This document shows positions 48,995 to 59,469 of a stretch of DNA of 64,000 nucleotides, one piece after another. The stretch covers positions 1,954,615 through 2,018,614 of the forward strand of contig CP074575.1 of NCBI GenBank assembly GCA_018394315.1, given 5' to 3'. The number at the start of each line of letters is the position of its first letter. The first letter of the stretch is position 1. Source of the DNA: Mycoplasmatota bacterium (GTDB taxonomy: Bacteria > Bacillota_I > Bacilli_A > MAG-NZ). The notes below the pieces were generated by a model that worked only from the letters and a program-made list of their open reading frames with translations, searched no databases and was not told where the DNA came from. The translations under genes and the position numbers were made by a program.

Positions 48995-50371
48995 TTATGT
49001 TAAACTATTAACCTTTTTATAAAGTATATCATAATATTTATCACATAATTCATCAGTAATGGCCTCTACCATTACTCTTATTACAGGTTCAGTCCCACTT
49101 GGTCTTATTAATACTCTACCATTTTTACCTAGCTCTTCATTACTTAGATTAATCATATTAATCAACTCATTATCATTCATAATGACCTGTTTATCATTAA
49201 CTACTACTTTACCTAGTTTTTGAGGATATTTCACTAAACCTTTCGATAGTTCGGTTAATTTCTTTCCTGATTTTCTAATTAAAGATGTTAATTGAAGAGC
49301 GACTAACATTCCATCACCACAGGTATTATAATCAAGCATAATAACATGACCTGATTGCTCTCCACCTATATTATAGTTATTTTTAAGCATATCTTCTAAG
49401 ACATATCTATCTCCAACTTTGGTTTTAGTTGTGTTAATACCTATTTCCTCTAAAGCATTATAGAGTCCCATATTTGCCATTATTGTTGTAACAACATTGT
49501 TACCAGTAAGAGTATTTTCTTCTTTCATATATTTTGCAAATATGTATAGTATATGATCTCCATCAATTTCATTACCCAATTCATCAATTGCCAAGACTCT
49601 ATCACCATCTCCATCGAAAGCAAATCCAAAATCTAATCCTTTAGATAAAACTAAATTCTTAATTTGAGCTAAATGAGTAGAACCACAGTTATCGTTAATG
49701 TTAGTTCCATTAGGTTCATCGTTTATGACAAATACCTCCGCACCTAACCTAACAAAAAGCCTTTTAGCAATGACACTTGTAGAGCCATTAGCACAATCTA
49801 AACCTATTCTTAAACTATCAAATCTATTCTTAACTGAAAAAAATAGGCTCTCGATATATTGATACATACTCTCGTGTCTATTCAGTACCACTCCAACGTC
49901 TTCTTTGATTACCCTTGGTAAATCATCAACCTTATCAATAAAGTCTTCAATTATCAATTCACTTTCATCTGTCAATTTCATCCCGCTTGAGTCGAATATT
50001 TTTATACCGTTATCATAAAAAGGATTGTGACTAGCAGAAATCATCACACCCATAGATGCCTCAGTACTAGCGGTCAAGTAAGCAACGCATGGAGTAGGTA
50101 TACTATGTAATCTTTTCACATCAACCCCACTACTTAATAAACCACTTATTAAACTATACTCCAAAAGTGGACTACTTTGTCTAGTGTCCTTTCCTACATA
50201 AACATATGGTTTATCACCATTTTGTTCTTTCTGCATTAGATATCCTAACACCTTCCCCAACTTAAAGCTAAGCTCAGGTGTCAGAAACTCATTAGCAATC
50301 CCTCTTATACCATCTGTTCCAAAGTATTCCTTTCTCACAATATCACCCATTTTCGTTTTATAGAGATTCAA
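48995..50371 (-). CDS. glmM: Phosphoglucosamine mutase
   Basis: FGTDGIRG, ISASHNP, FDGDGDR, VGDRYV, GGEQSGH, RPSGTEP. Likely true start is GTG at 50338. Confidence 0.95.
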   Translation of the reverse strand: MNLYKTKMGDIVRKEYFGTDGIRGIANEFLTPELSFKLGKVLGYLMQKEQNGDKPYVYVGKDTRQSSPLLEYSLISGLLSSGVDVKRLHSIPTPCVAYLTASTEASMGVMISASHNPFYDNGIKIFDSSGMKLTDESELIIEDFIDKVDDLPRVIKEDVGVVLNRHESMYQYIESLFFSVKNRFDSLRIGLDCANGSTSVIAKRLFVRLGAEVFVINDEPNGTNINDNCGSTHLAQIKNLVLSKGLDFGFAFDGDGDRVLAIDELGNEIDGDHILYIFAKYMKEENTLTGNNVVTTIMANMGLYNALEEIGINTTKTKVGDRYVLEDMLKNNYNIGGEQSGHVIMLDYNTCGDGMLVALQLTSLIRKSGKKLTELSKGLVKYPQKLGKVVVNDKQVIMNDNELINMINLSNEELGKNGRVLIRPSGTEPVIRVMVEAITDELCDKYYDILYKKVNSLT

Positions 50372-50375
50372 TCAA

Positions 50376-51227
50376 TCATCTCTTTAATTTCCAATAAATA
50401 AGTTTAGTCATCAACATATCCCAAAAATGTATACGGAATAGGTACTTCTTTTCCTGAAGATTTGAACTTATTTTAATGTTACTTACATGTCTCAATCTAT
50501 TTCCATCAACCATATGATTAATATTATTTATAATAATATTGTCTCTTAATGACAAAGGCTCTCCTATGAAATCGCTAATTACGGAAAGGTATTTTTGTGG
50601 GTTCTTTACAAGATTTTCATAATGTAACTTCATATATCTTTTTGGATATATAACTCCAAACATATAGGCAAACAAATTAGCAAGATTCCAATTTACTGCT
50701 GTTCGAAAAATTGTCAGACACTTTGACTTTGAAATCCCTTTCTCAAGCTTTTTATTGTCACCCAGATAATTTGATAGCATCACGTCTTTTGGATTTCTGA
50801 TCAAGTGAATAAATCTAAGATCTACATTGTTATTTTTCAGAAGATGAAATGGTCTGTTAACCCCATAAAATGTAGTTTTTGAGGAATCAGAAACCACATC
50901 ACTAAATTTCGAAATCCTCTTTAAAATTTGTTTTTCAAGAAGAGCATTTTCTTTAGAACCTGTTAAGAAACATAATAGACTATCAGCCCATTTCTGTTTT
51001 ATAACATATCTATCAAGATCAAAACTGCCGTCAAACAATATATCTTTCCACACCTTGCAACTATCGAATTTCAAACCACAAGTACATGTATCTCCCGCTC
51101 TTATCCTAGTTGAAAGAGCTAAAAACTCACCCATAGAAAAGATATTATTATCATTAAATATCAGATCAATTAATGTTGACCCACTTCTTCCATAACCACC
51201 TATATATATATATTTCAATGCCATCAC
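50376..51227 (-). CDS. PAPS-dependent sulfotransferase
   Basis: 5'-PSB-like GGYGRSGSTL, DSSK, 3'-PB-like HLIRNP...S, W, YENL..NP. Confidence 0.85.
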   Translation of the reverse strand: MMALKYIYIGGYGRSGSTLIDLIFNDNNIFSMGEFLALSTRIRAGDTCTCGLKFDSCKVWKDILFDGSFDLDRYVIKQKWADSLLCFLTGSKENALLEKQILKRISKFSDVVSDSSKTTFYGVNRPFHLLKNNNVDLRFIHLIRNPKDVMLSNYLGDNKKLEKGISKSKCLTIFRTAVNWNLANLFAYMFGVIYPKRYMKLHYENLVKNPQKYLSVISDFIGEPLSLRDNIIINNINHMVDGNRLRHVSNIKISSNLQEKKYLFRIHFWDMLMTKLIYWKLKR

Positions 51228-51247
51228 CCTTATCTAATCTATGAGAA

Positions 51248-52456
51248 TTAAAATACAATAAATAACTTAATCCTCAACATTCTTTGTACTAATATGTAGC
51301 CAAGGAAATTGCCTACAACCATTGTTACCATACTTGAAATAGCTGCTCCAGTTAAACCGAGTCGAGGTATCAATACTAAATTTAAGGAAACGTTGATCAT
51401 CAAAGATATTATACTCCCAATCATATTCCACTTTGGTTTCCCGCACATTGAAACTATTAACCACACACCTCCTACACTACTGCTAACAACAGATCCAATC
51501 CCCTTGTAAATGAATACACTCTCATATCCAATAAACTCAGGTCCCAAAAGTGGAAGCCAGAAGCCGATTGATAGTGTAAGAATACTAAAGACAAGGAGCG
51601 AAATCAATGTGAAACTTATCGCAGAGATGCGATATAGTTTTTTTAGTTCTTCAGTCTTTTTTTCATGATACATCGCACTTATCTTAACTGCAAAAACAAT
51701 ATTAAATGCAGTAAGAAAGAAAACAGGTATTGTTGAAATTAAACCTAGTATATTATATATACTTACTGAACTGAAACTATAAATCCCATTTATCATAATT
51801 ATATCTATCTTAGATAATAACAAAGTAACCCCAGATGAAATCATCAATGGTAAAGAGTATAAAAGTAATTCCCTTGAAACAAAAATCTTATCAAATTCAT
51901 TTCTACTTGAAAAGAGGAGTAAAATATTCGAAACAAAATAACCAAGTGTATACGCAAATATCATTGCGAATTTTATATCCATCTTACTGAAGACATATAG
52001 CAACACAATAATTATTATTTGTCCACTGATAGAACTAGAATAGTACTTATCAACTTTATCATTAACCTTGAAAATAGAAAATAACATTTGTTGAATCACG
52101 ATAAGAAGTAATAAAACAACATACGCTATAAACTTAAAGTTTATTATAGAGAAAGCTCCACCCATTATCAGTGACGCCACAATGACCAACAGAAAAGCCC
52201 CTGAATAATATTTATTTTTCACCAATGATGCAAAATGAAGTAAACCCGAATCCAGTCCTAGTCTAGAAAATACAGATATAAGAATAATCACTGTCAGATA
52301 ATATGTAAATTCTCCCGACATAGTTACACCAAATAGCTTTAGTGCAATAATAGGGGTTATAAGCATCAACAACTTCTCAACTCCGTTTCCCATAAATGAT
52401 GCTACAAGGAGTTTAGAACTTCTAAATTTTATTCTTTCTCTAATTCTTCCTAACAT
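51248..52456 (-). CDS. wzx: Wzx-like polysaccharide flippase
   Basis: About 12 transmembrane segments, YSLPL, KIDIIM, LNLVLIPRLGLTGAA. Confidence 0.8.
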   Translation of the reverse strand: MLGRIRERIKFRSSKLLVASFMGNGVEKLLMLITPIIALKLFGVTMSGEFTYYLTVIILISVFSRLGLDSGLLHFASLVKNKYYSGAFLLVIVASLIMGGAFSIINFKFIAYVVLLLLIVIQQMLFSIFKVNDKVDKYYSSSISGQIIIIVLLYVFSKMDIKFAMIFAYTLGYFVSNILLLFSSRNEFDKIFVSRELLLYSLPLMISSGVTLLLSKIDIIMINGIYSFSSVSIYNILGLISTIPVFFLTAFNIVFAVKISAMYHEKKTEELKKLYRISAISFTLISLLVFSILTLSIGFWLPLLGPEFIGYESVFIYKGIGSVVSSSVGGVWLIVSMCGKPKWNMIGSIISLMINVSLNLVLIPRLGLTGAAISSMVTMVVGNFLGYILVQRMLRIKLFIVF

Positions 52457-52500
52457 ATTTCTTTAATCTCCTCTTTGAAGTGAGTCTAGCTAAAAAAAAA

Positions 52501-53700
52501 CTATTTGAAGTTTACTACTATCTGTCTTTTTACTAATTGGACTCGCACAAACTCGTCTAGCAAAAATAAGATAATCCAAAATGTGGGCTGTCGTAAAACA
52601 TTATGTGACATAGAAAATAGAAACATGCTAATCAAGACTAGCATTAACGACCCAAATCTAATGGTTCCTTTACCGATGTTAAAAATCATAATCAAGAATA
52701 ACCCGCCATATAGCGTACCAGCCTGTAAAATCAAATCAAGCACTGAATTGTGAATCTCATAATTTAATGATAAGAATGGTACTGTGGCACCAGGACCATA
52801 TCCAACAAGAGGTGACTTACTTATTTCACTTAATCCAATTTTAAACAGAGCAGTTCTTGCAGAGTCGTCGTCAAATCCCTTCAGTAATTCCAGAAAATTG
52901 ATAAATAGATTATATTTAAAATTGTATATTATAAAAAAAACAAGTACTAATCCGGCAAGGGACATCAAGATAATTATTATTCGGTCAGGGCTAATAAGAA
53001 TCCTAAGAGCTAATGATGCTAATAACAGAGCAAATGTAATAATCCATGATAAAATCAACCCATCACTTTGAGTATTTATTCCAAATAACATGATGAGCAA
53101 AACACATGTAAAAAATAGAATTTTTAACAGAATCCTATCTGATTTTTCAATTAAGTAGAACCCCACAAAGGGAAGAAACACTAATTGGAAAGCTAATTGG
53201 TTAGGATTACTCGCTCCACCAGTGAACCTATCATAAAGCGCAACTTTCAATACTCCAAAATGAAGCTGTTCAGATTGAAACATTAAAAAAGTAAAAAGAT
53301 AGATGATTGAACTGATAATCAATAAAGTAGATAAAAATCGTCTAAAATTATAGTGATTCCATTTTGATGCCAATGTGAAAACTAAGATAAAAGAAAAAAC
53401 ATATGCAAGGGAGTCATGTACAACATTTTCTATTACTAACAGATTATTCAATAACGCCCAACACAATCCCAAAGATAAAAACAGGAACATTAGCAGCATC
53501 ATCTTTATAATTCTTCCCTTAAAAACTCCTCCACGGTAAATCCCAAAGTCTGTCCAGTTCACAAGAACCCAGAAGAGCAATGTTAATTCTCCGACTCCAA
53601 TTGGTAACTCGTTAATTCTAATGGATGTAAAGGTAGTTAACACTAATCCTATGGCTAATAAATATGTCCTTAATTTGTACTCATAAATGGGCCTAGTCAT
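52501..53700 (-). CDS. Wzy/O-antigen ligase-family membrane protein
   Basis: RFTG..SNPNQLA, SAR..L, LVGYGPG, HNS.LD. Confidence 0.78.
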   Translation of the reverse strand: MTRPIYEYKLRTYLLAIGLVLTTFTSIRINELPIGVGELTLLFWVLVNWTDFGIYRGGVFKGRIIKMMLLMFLFLSLGLCWALLNNLLVIENVVHDSLAYVFSFILVFTLASKWNHYNFRRFLSTLLIISSIIYLFTFLMFQSEQLHFGVLKVALYDRFTGGASNPNQLAFQLVFLPFVGFYLIEKSDRILLKILFFTCVLLIMLFGINTQSDGLILSWIITFALLLASLALRILISPDRIIIILMSLAGLVLVFFIIYNFKYNLFINFLELLKGFDDDSARTALFKIGLSEISKSPLVGYGPGATVPFLSLNYEIHNSVLDLILQAGTLYGGLFLIMIFNIGKGTIRFGSLMLVLISMFLFSMSHNVLRQPTFWIILFLLDEFVRVQLVKRQIVVNFK

Positions 53701-55577
53701 CTTAAAAACTCTCTTTCATACCACTTTTGGAAAACAAATATTGTCCACAACTCACCTTTTCTATTCTTCTTCATTGAGCAATGTTCATTGTATATTTTAT
53801 TTATGTAATCGTGATTAAACAATCCTTGTTTTTCAATTAATTGTCGATTGGTTAATCTCTTAAATTCCGATTTCAATGGGCCTCTAAACCAATAATCTAA
53901 AGGAACTCCAAATCCTTTCTTTGTTGCCCTTAAAAGTTTTTTAGGTATCAAATCAGAAAATGTATCTTTTAAGATATACTTTTTATTTCTACCCTTTAGT
54001 TTATAGTCCACTTTTATATTAGTTGAAGTGTCAAGCATTCCGGTACTCAACATTGGAACTCTTGTTTCTATAGAGTTTAACATACTCATAGAATCTACTT
54101 TTTTAAGCATATCTCCTTCAAGAACTACTTTAAAATCAGTGTATAATGCTCGCTCCAAATCCGATAGTTTTGGTTGTTTGTCATAGAATTTCCTTATAAA
54201 CTCTAACTCATTTGCTAAAAAAACTTTTTCGTTTAGTAATTCGCTTAACTCATTTCCCTTGAATCCTAAACACATCAATTCCTTTCGCTTAGTAAAAGAA
54301 TCATATTCAGCATAGGAAATTACCTTTCGGATTTTTCTAGAGATGGAATTTTTATCTGGTAATATATTTATGATTCTTTCGAGTATAAACTTTCTAATAA
54401 ACTTAGGTATTTTAGTGTATTTATGTGAGTAATAATTAATTAAGTATTTACTATAACCTGCAAATAATTCATCACCTGCATCCCCAGTTAAGACAACTTT
54501 GACGTGCTTACTTGCATATCTAGAGACAATGTATGTTGGAAGAGCTGATGAATCAGCAAAAGGCTCGTCAAATTTTGCTATTATATTATCAAGTAATCCC
54601 AAAATCTCCTCGAACTCTAAAAGATATTCATGATGATTAGTGTTATGATATTTTGAAACGAGTTTTGCTCTATCTCTCTCATCATAATCTTTGATGTTGA
54701 ATCCTATCGTAAAAGTTTCAATTGGCTTCTTAGACAAACGCGACATAATTCCTACAATTATTGTTGAATCAATCCCACCGCTCAAAAATGCACCTAAAGG
54801 CACATCTGCCCTCATTCGCTTTTCAACAGAATCAAATAAATTCTTCCTTAGAAGCTCCTTGCTCTCGTTATAGTCTGATATCTTATCACAAGTTAAATCA
54901 TAATCCCAATATTGATTAATAAATAGTTCACCCGAGTTTTTTATCGTCATATAATTCCCTGCTTCTAACTTGTATATATTATCATAAATCGTTAGGGGAG
55001 ACGGAATATATGTTAGTTGTAAATACTGTGAGAAAGCATATAGATTAATTTCCCTTTGAACTAATTCAGAATTTAATATACTTTTTAGCTCAGATGCAAA
55101 TAATATAATGTCATCGTTTCTAAAGTAATAAAGTGGTTTCTCTCCTACTCTATCTCTAGCTATGAATAATGACTTCAATTCTAAATCATATATAGCAAAT
55201 GCAAACATTCCATCTAAATGGGTTAAGCACCCTTCAGAATATTCTTCGTATAAATGAAGAATCACCTCAGTATCGGACAAGGTACTGAAAGTGTGCCCCT
55301 TTTCTACCAATTTCACATATAACTCTTTATAATTATATATTTCTCCGTTAAAAACAATTACCTTGTTTCTTTCCTCATTATAGATTGGTTGAGATCCAGT
55401 ATCTAGGTCAATAATAGATAATCTTCTCATACCCAAACCTATATTCTCAGAATAAAAGAAACCGTCACTGTCAGGACCTCTGTGGATAATAGAACAATTC
55501 ATCCTATTCACAATTCTAGAGAAATCATATATTTCACTGCTTTGATTAAATTTCATTATTCCATTAATTCCACACAT
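53697..55577 (-). CDS. asnB: Asparagine synthase-like (AsnB/WbpS-type) glutamine amidotransferase
   Basis: MCGING, HRGPD, RRLSIIDL, FNGEIYN, RDRVGEKPLYY, LSGGIDS, KKGFGVP; located in a polysaccharide locus. Confidence 0.92.
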   Translation of the reverse strand: MCGINGIMKFNQSSEIYDFSRIVNRMNCSIIHRGPDSDGFFYSENIGLGMRRLSIIDLDTGSQPIYNEERNKVIVFNGEIYNYKELYVKLVEKGHTFSTLSDTEVILHLYEEYSEGCLTHLDGMFAFAIYDLELKSLFIARDRVGEKPLYYFRNDDIILFASELKSILNSELVQREINLYAFSQYLQLTYIPSPLTIYDNIYKLEAGNYMTIKNSGELFINQYWDYDLTCDKISDYNESKELLRKNLFDSVEKRMRADVPLGAFLSGGIDSTIIVGIMSRLSKKPIETFTIGFNIKDYDERDRAKLVSKYHNTNHHEYLLEFEEILGLLDNIIAKFDEPFADSSALPTYIVSRYASKHVKVVLTGDAGDELFAGYSKYLINYYSHKYTKIPKFIRKFILERIINILPDKNSISRKIRKVISYAEYDSFTKRKELMCLGFKGNELSELLNEKVFLANELEFIRKFYDKQPKLSDLERALYTDFKVVLEGDMLKKVDSMSMLNSIETRVPMLSTGMLDTSTNIKVDYKLKGRNKKYILKDTFSDLIPKKLLRATKKGFGVPLDYWFRGPLKSEFKRLTNRQLIEKQGLFNHDYINKIYNEHCSMKKNRKGELWTIFVFQKWYEREFLR

Positions 55578-55637
55578 GTTTCTACCTCGCATTTAATTAA
55601 ATGATTATATAACAATGTTGATTTGCTAACCGTTCTT

Positions 55638-56067
55638 CTAGTCAATTTCATTTGCTACGATTTCATAATACTTCTCATAATTCTTGTTTTCGATTGTAAT
55701 CTCAATTATATCATTACTAAGTAATTTTCTATATTGATTATTATTCTTATCTTGTATTGTAATTAAGACAATCAAACCAGCATCAGTTAAGATGTTTACT
55801 ATTTCGCTTAAACGTCTAAAATGTTCCTTGGTTGTAAATTCGTTCTTGAATTTACTAATATCAGCATTCACTCCATGAATTACGTTATTGAATGGTAGAT
55901 AATATGCTTTTTTGCCTTCTAAACATAGTCTTTTCTCGATATATTGAGCACAACTTTTTCTGCCTGTACCTTTTTTTCCAGTCATCACTATAACTTTTGA
56001 TTTATGTTTATAGAATCTTTCTCTTTCATCTCTAGATACCCCAGATTTGTACCAATTAACATTCCAT
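55638..56067 (-). pseudogene. Stand-alone copy of the degenerate APS-kinase-like C-terminal domain of CysN, frameshifted at its start
   Basis: About 70% identical (71/102 by hand count) to CysN residues NWYKSG...TIQ. The ATG at 56067 (GGGGTGA RBS) is out of frame by one base. A shorter GTG-start ORF 55638-55988 remains. Confidence 0.7.
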
Positions 56068-56085
56068 TCTTTTCTTCACCCCTTA

Positions 56086-57060
56086 CTATAGATTGTTCCT
56101 ATACCAATTAATAGAAATTTTTATTCCTTTTTCAAAATCATATTGAGGGTTATAATTAAGGTGATTTCTAGCATTAGTTATATCCGCGAATGAATGAGGC
56201 ACATCACCCTCTCTATTAATTCCAAATAATAAATTACTACCGGATTTGATTTCTGATGCAATCGAATTATATATTTCGAGAATTGTTCTCCTCTCACCAT
56301 AAGCAATATTGTATACTTTTCCTGTAGCCTCTACTCCTGCTAAACAACTAATTATATTTGCTTGAATTACATTATCAATAAAGGTGAAATCTCTACTGAA
56401 CGAACCATCGCCATTAATTGTTGATTTTTCCCCATTTATAAGTTGTTTGATGAACATGGGTATTACTGCCGCATATGAGCCTTTTGCATCCTGTTTCGGC
56501 CCAAAGACATTAAAATATCTTAATCCAATACAAGGTAATCCATATACATTAGTATAAATTTTACCATACTCCTCATTTACTTTCTTTGAAAGTGCATATG
56601 GTGATATTACTTGGCCCTCTTGACCTTCTTTCTTAGGTAAGTTCACCGAATCACCATATACAGACGATGAGGATGCGTAAATAAAACGTTTAACATTATT
56701 TTTCCTAGCTGCTTCCATCATATTTGAGGTTCCTCGAATATTGTTTTCACAATATAGTAATGGCTCTCTCATTGACCTTGGAACTGAACCTAGCGCAGCT
56801 TGATGTAATACATAATCTATACCACGACATGCTTGATTACATACATTAACATCTCTTATATCACCTTTAATAAACTCAAATCTAATGTTATTTTGAAATT
56901 CGTCCATATTTTTCATATACCCTGTACTCAGGTTATCTAATCCTCTAACTTCATATCCTAAACTAAGAATAGTCTCTACAAGATTTGATCCAATAAATCC
57001 AGCAGATCCGGTAACCAAAAATTTTGTACCTTTAGGAAATTCTAAATCTTTATATTCCAT
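56086..57060 (-). CDS. UDP-GlcNAc(A) 4-epimerase, WbpP/TviC-like
   Basis: TGSAGFIGSN, HQAALGSVPRS, ASSSSVYGD, SPYALSK, RYFNVFGP.QD...YAAVIP. Start at MEYKDL with a GGAGG RBS. Confidence 0.9.
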   Translation of the reverse strand: MEYKDLEFPKGTKFLVTGSAGFIGSNLVETILSLGYEVRGLDNLSTGYMKNMDEFQNNIRFEFIKGDIRDVNVCNQACRGIDYVLHQAALGSVPRSMREPLLYCENNIRGTSNMMEAARKNNVKRFIYASSSSVYGDSVNLPKKEGQEGQVISPYALSKKVNEEYGKIYTNVYGLPCIGLRYFNVFGPKQDAKGSYAAVIPMFIKQLINGEKSTINGDGSFSRDFTFIDNVIQANIISCLAGVEATGKVYNIAYGERRTILEIYNSIASEIKSGSNLLFGINREGDVPHSFADITNARNHLNYNPQYDFEKGIKISINWYRNNL

Positions 57061-57061
57061 A

Positions 57062-58366
57062 TTAAAGCCTCCAATACAAGAAACCATCAGCCATAAAATG
57101 CTGCTTATCAAACATACCTTTTACATCAATAAATGGATATTTATCACCATTATATAAACTCTTCAACATATTAATGTCCAAGTTTCTAAATTCAGTATGC
57201 GCAACAGCAAATATCAGAGCATCCACATTTCTTACTTCATCTTGATATACTGTTTGAATGCCATACTCTTGTAATAAGTCCTCCTGATCTGCTACAGGAT
57301 CCACTACAACAACGTTTATTCCATATTCAGCTAACTCTTTAATAATATCCACGACTTTTGTGTTTCGTACGTCGGGACAGTTTTCCTTAAAAGTTATTCC
57401 AAATATAGCTACTGTTGAGCCCTTAATTTGCTTATCAGCTTTGATAAGTATTTTCACAGTGTTCTCAGCTACGTATTTACCCATATCATCGTTAATTTTT
57501 CTACCTGTTAAGATAATCTGTGAATGATATCCTAATTGTTCAGCTTTATAGGTTAAGTAATATGGATCAACTCCTATACAATGTCCCCCTACTAAACCTG
57601 GAGTAAACTTCAAGAAATTCCATTTAGTTCCAGCTGCTTCTAAAACTGATTTAGTATCAATTCCCATTTTATTAAAAATAATTGATAATTCATTCATAAA
57701 AGCAATATTAATATCCCTTTGTGAGTTTTCAATTACTTTAGCAGCTTCTGCAACTTTTATGCTTTCTGCTCTATGTACCCCAGCGTCAATTACCAATTCA
57801 TATACTTTAGCGATGGTCTCAAGAGACTCAGCGTCCATACCAGAAACCACTTTTACAATAGTTTCTAATCTATGTACTTTATCTCCTGGATTAATTCTTT
57901 CTGGTGAATAACCAACCTTGAAATCAACACCACACTTCAGTCCAGACTCTTCTTCTAGTATCGGAACACAAATGTCTTCAGTCACTCCTGGAAAAACTGT
58001 TGATTCAAATACTACAATTGAACCACTTGTCAAGTTTCTCCCAACTGTCTTACTAGCACTAATTACAGGAGCTAGATTAGGAGTTTTGTCTGCATTAATA
58101 GGTGTAGGAACAGCAACAATATGAAACTTACAACCCTTAATATATTCTTCTTCACCAGTAAAAAAAGCTGTAGTTTCCTTTATCGCAGCATTTCCTACTT
58201 CTTTGGTCACATCTATTCCATTTAAGTATTGAGCGACCTTCTCTTTGGAAATATCAAATCCGATTACATCAGCCTTCTTTGCGAAAGCTATTGCAAGTGG
58301 CATACCAACATATCCTAAACCAATAATTGAAATTTTTTGTTCTTTACTTACAATCGAATCATACAT
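57062..58366 (-). CDS. UDP-N-acetylhexosamine 6-dehydrogenase, WbpO/TviB-like
   Basis: [54 protein letters not shown]. Confidence 0.92.
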   Translation of the reverse strand: MYDSIVSKEQKISIIGLGYVGMPLAIAFAKKADVIGFDISKEKVAQYLNGIDVTKEVGNAAIKETTAFFTGEEEYIKGCKFHIVAVPTPINADKTPNLAPVISASKTVGRNLTSGSIVVFESTVFPGVTEDICVPILEEESGLKCGVDFKVGYSPERINPGDKVHRLETIVKVVSGMDAESLETIAKVYELVIDAGVHRAESIKVAEAAKVIENSQRDINIAFMNELSIIFNKMGIDTKSVLEAAGTKWNFLKFTPGLVGGHCIGVDPYYLTYKAEQLGYHSQIILTGRKINDDMGKYVAENTVKILIKADKQIKGSTVAIFGITFKENCPDVRNTKVVDIIKELAEYGINVVVVDPVADQEDLLQEYGIQTVYQDEVRNVDALIFAVAHTEFRNLDINMLKSLYNGDKYPFIDVKGMFDKQHFMADGFLYWRL

Positions 58367-58383
58367 ATTTTATACCTCATCCT

Positions 58384-59469
58384 CTAAATACTATTTATTA
58401 TATTCAAGTAAGAATTAATTACTATTTGTCTGTCAAATTGACTAGTTACTAATTCTCTTGATTTTTTCCCCATTTGTAACACTTCTTCCTTATCCAGAGT
58501 GATAAACCTGGTTAAAGCATTACATAAAGAATCAACATTTTGCTTTTCGAACAAGAAACCATTATTATTAGAGACTATCTCTTTACATCCAGGAATGTTT
58601 GATGCAAGCAATGGTTTACCCATTGCTGCAGACTCAAGTAAAACATTTGACATCCCCTCGTGATATGACGGATTAACTATACAATCAACTGCCTTAATTT
58701 CATTTCGTACATCATTAGATGAACCCAAAAACCTTATTCTAGGTGATTGGGCAATAATATTTTTGTATTTTATCTCTTCATAATTCCCAAGAATCTGAAA
58801 TTCAACATTAGAATGCTCTTCAGTAATTCTCTCAGCAGCTTCTAAGTACTCCTCAATACCTTTTTCCTTCATAAGTCTACCTATATACAAAAATCTAATT
58901 ACTTCGTCATCTCGTGTCTTTGATAGCGGATAATACTTATTGACGTTCACACCTGATCCTGGTATCAACTGAGTTTTTTCTTCTTCAACTATCTCATTCT
59001 CAATAAACATTTCTTTATTACTTGTATTTTGAAAAAATACTGTATGGACTTTATTACAAGAAATTTTGTATAAATTTATAACAAATGTTTTTAACTTAGA
59101 CGAAACCAAGGCAGTCCCAATACCTGTTATATTCATTATTACTGGTACCTTAAATAATCTAGCAGCAATGGCTCCATAAATGTTCGGTTTTACCGTATAT
59201 GTAAGAACAACATTGGGTTTAGAAACTTTTAACACTTTCATGTAGGAAAAGAATGTCCTTGAATCAGTAATAGGGTTTGAGCCTCTTCTGTTAACAAAGG
59301 ACTTTATATAAGTAACATTCAAGTTAATGAATTCCTGTACTTTGTAATTATCCAGTTCATTTGGAGCACATATCGTTACATCGTGACCCTCTTCTATAAA
59401 CTTTTCAATTAGTTCGAATCGTTGATTATACAAACCATGTATACTATTAGAAATAATCAATATTTTCAA
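58384..59469 (-). CDS. GT4 glycosyltransferase (PglA/CapM-like)
   Basis: YTVKPNIYG, FQN, PGSGVN, GRLMKEKG, EGMSNVLLE. Confidence 0.9.
   Translation of the reverse strand: MKILIISNSIHGLYNQRFELIEKFIEEGHDVTICAPNELDNYKVQEFINLNVTYIKSFVNRRGSNPITDSRTFFSYMKVLKVSKPNVVLTYTVKPNIYGAIAARLFKVPVIMNITGIGTALVSSKLKTFVINLYKISCNKVHTVFFQNTSNKEMFIENEIVEEEKTQLIPGSGVNVNKYYPLSKTRDDEVIRFLYIGRLMKEKGIEEYLEAAERITEEHSNVEFQILGNYEEIKYKNIIAQSPRIRFLGSSNDVRNEIKAVDCIVNPSYHEGMSNVLLESAAMGKPLLASNIPGCKEIVSNNNGFLFEKQNVDSLCNALTRFITLDKEEVLQMGKKSRELVTSQFDRQIVINSYLNIINSI

Noticed and set aside
52490..52945. A8-A9 homopolymers near and in the wzy gene as phase-variation tracts
   Set aside because: Such runs are common throughout this AT-rich sequence and the reading frames are intact
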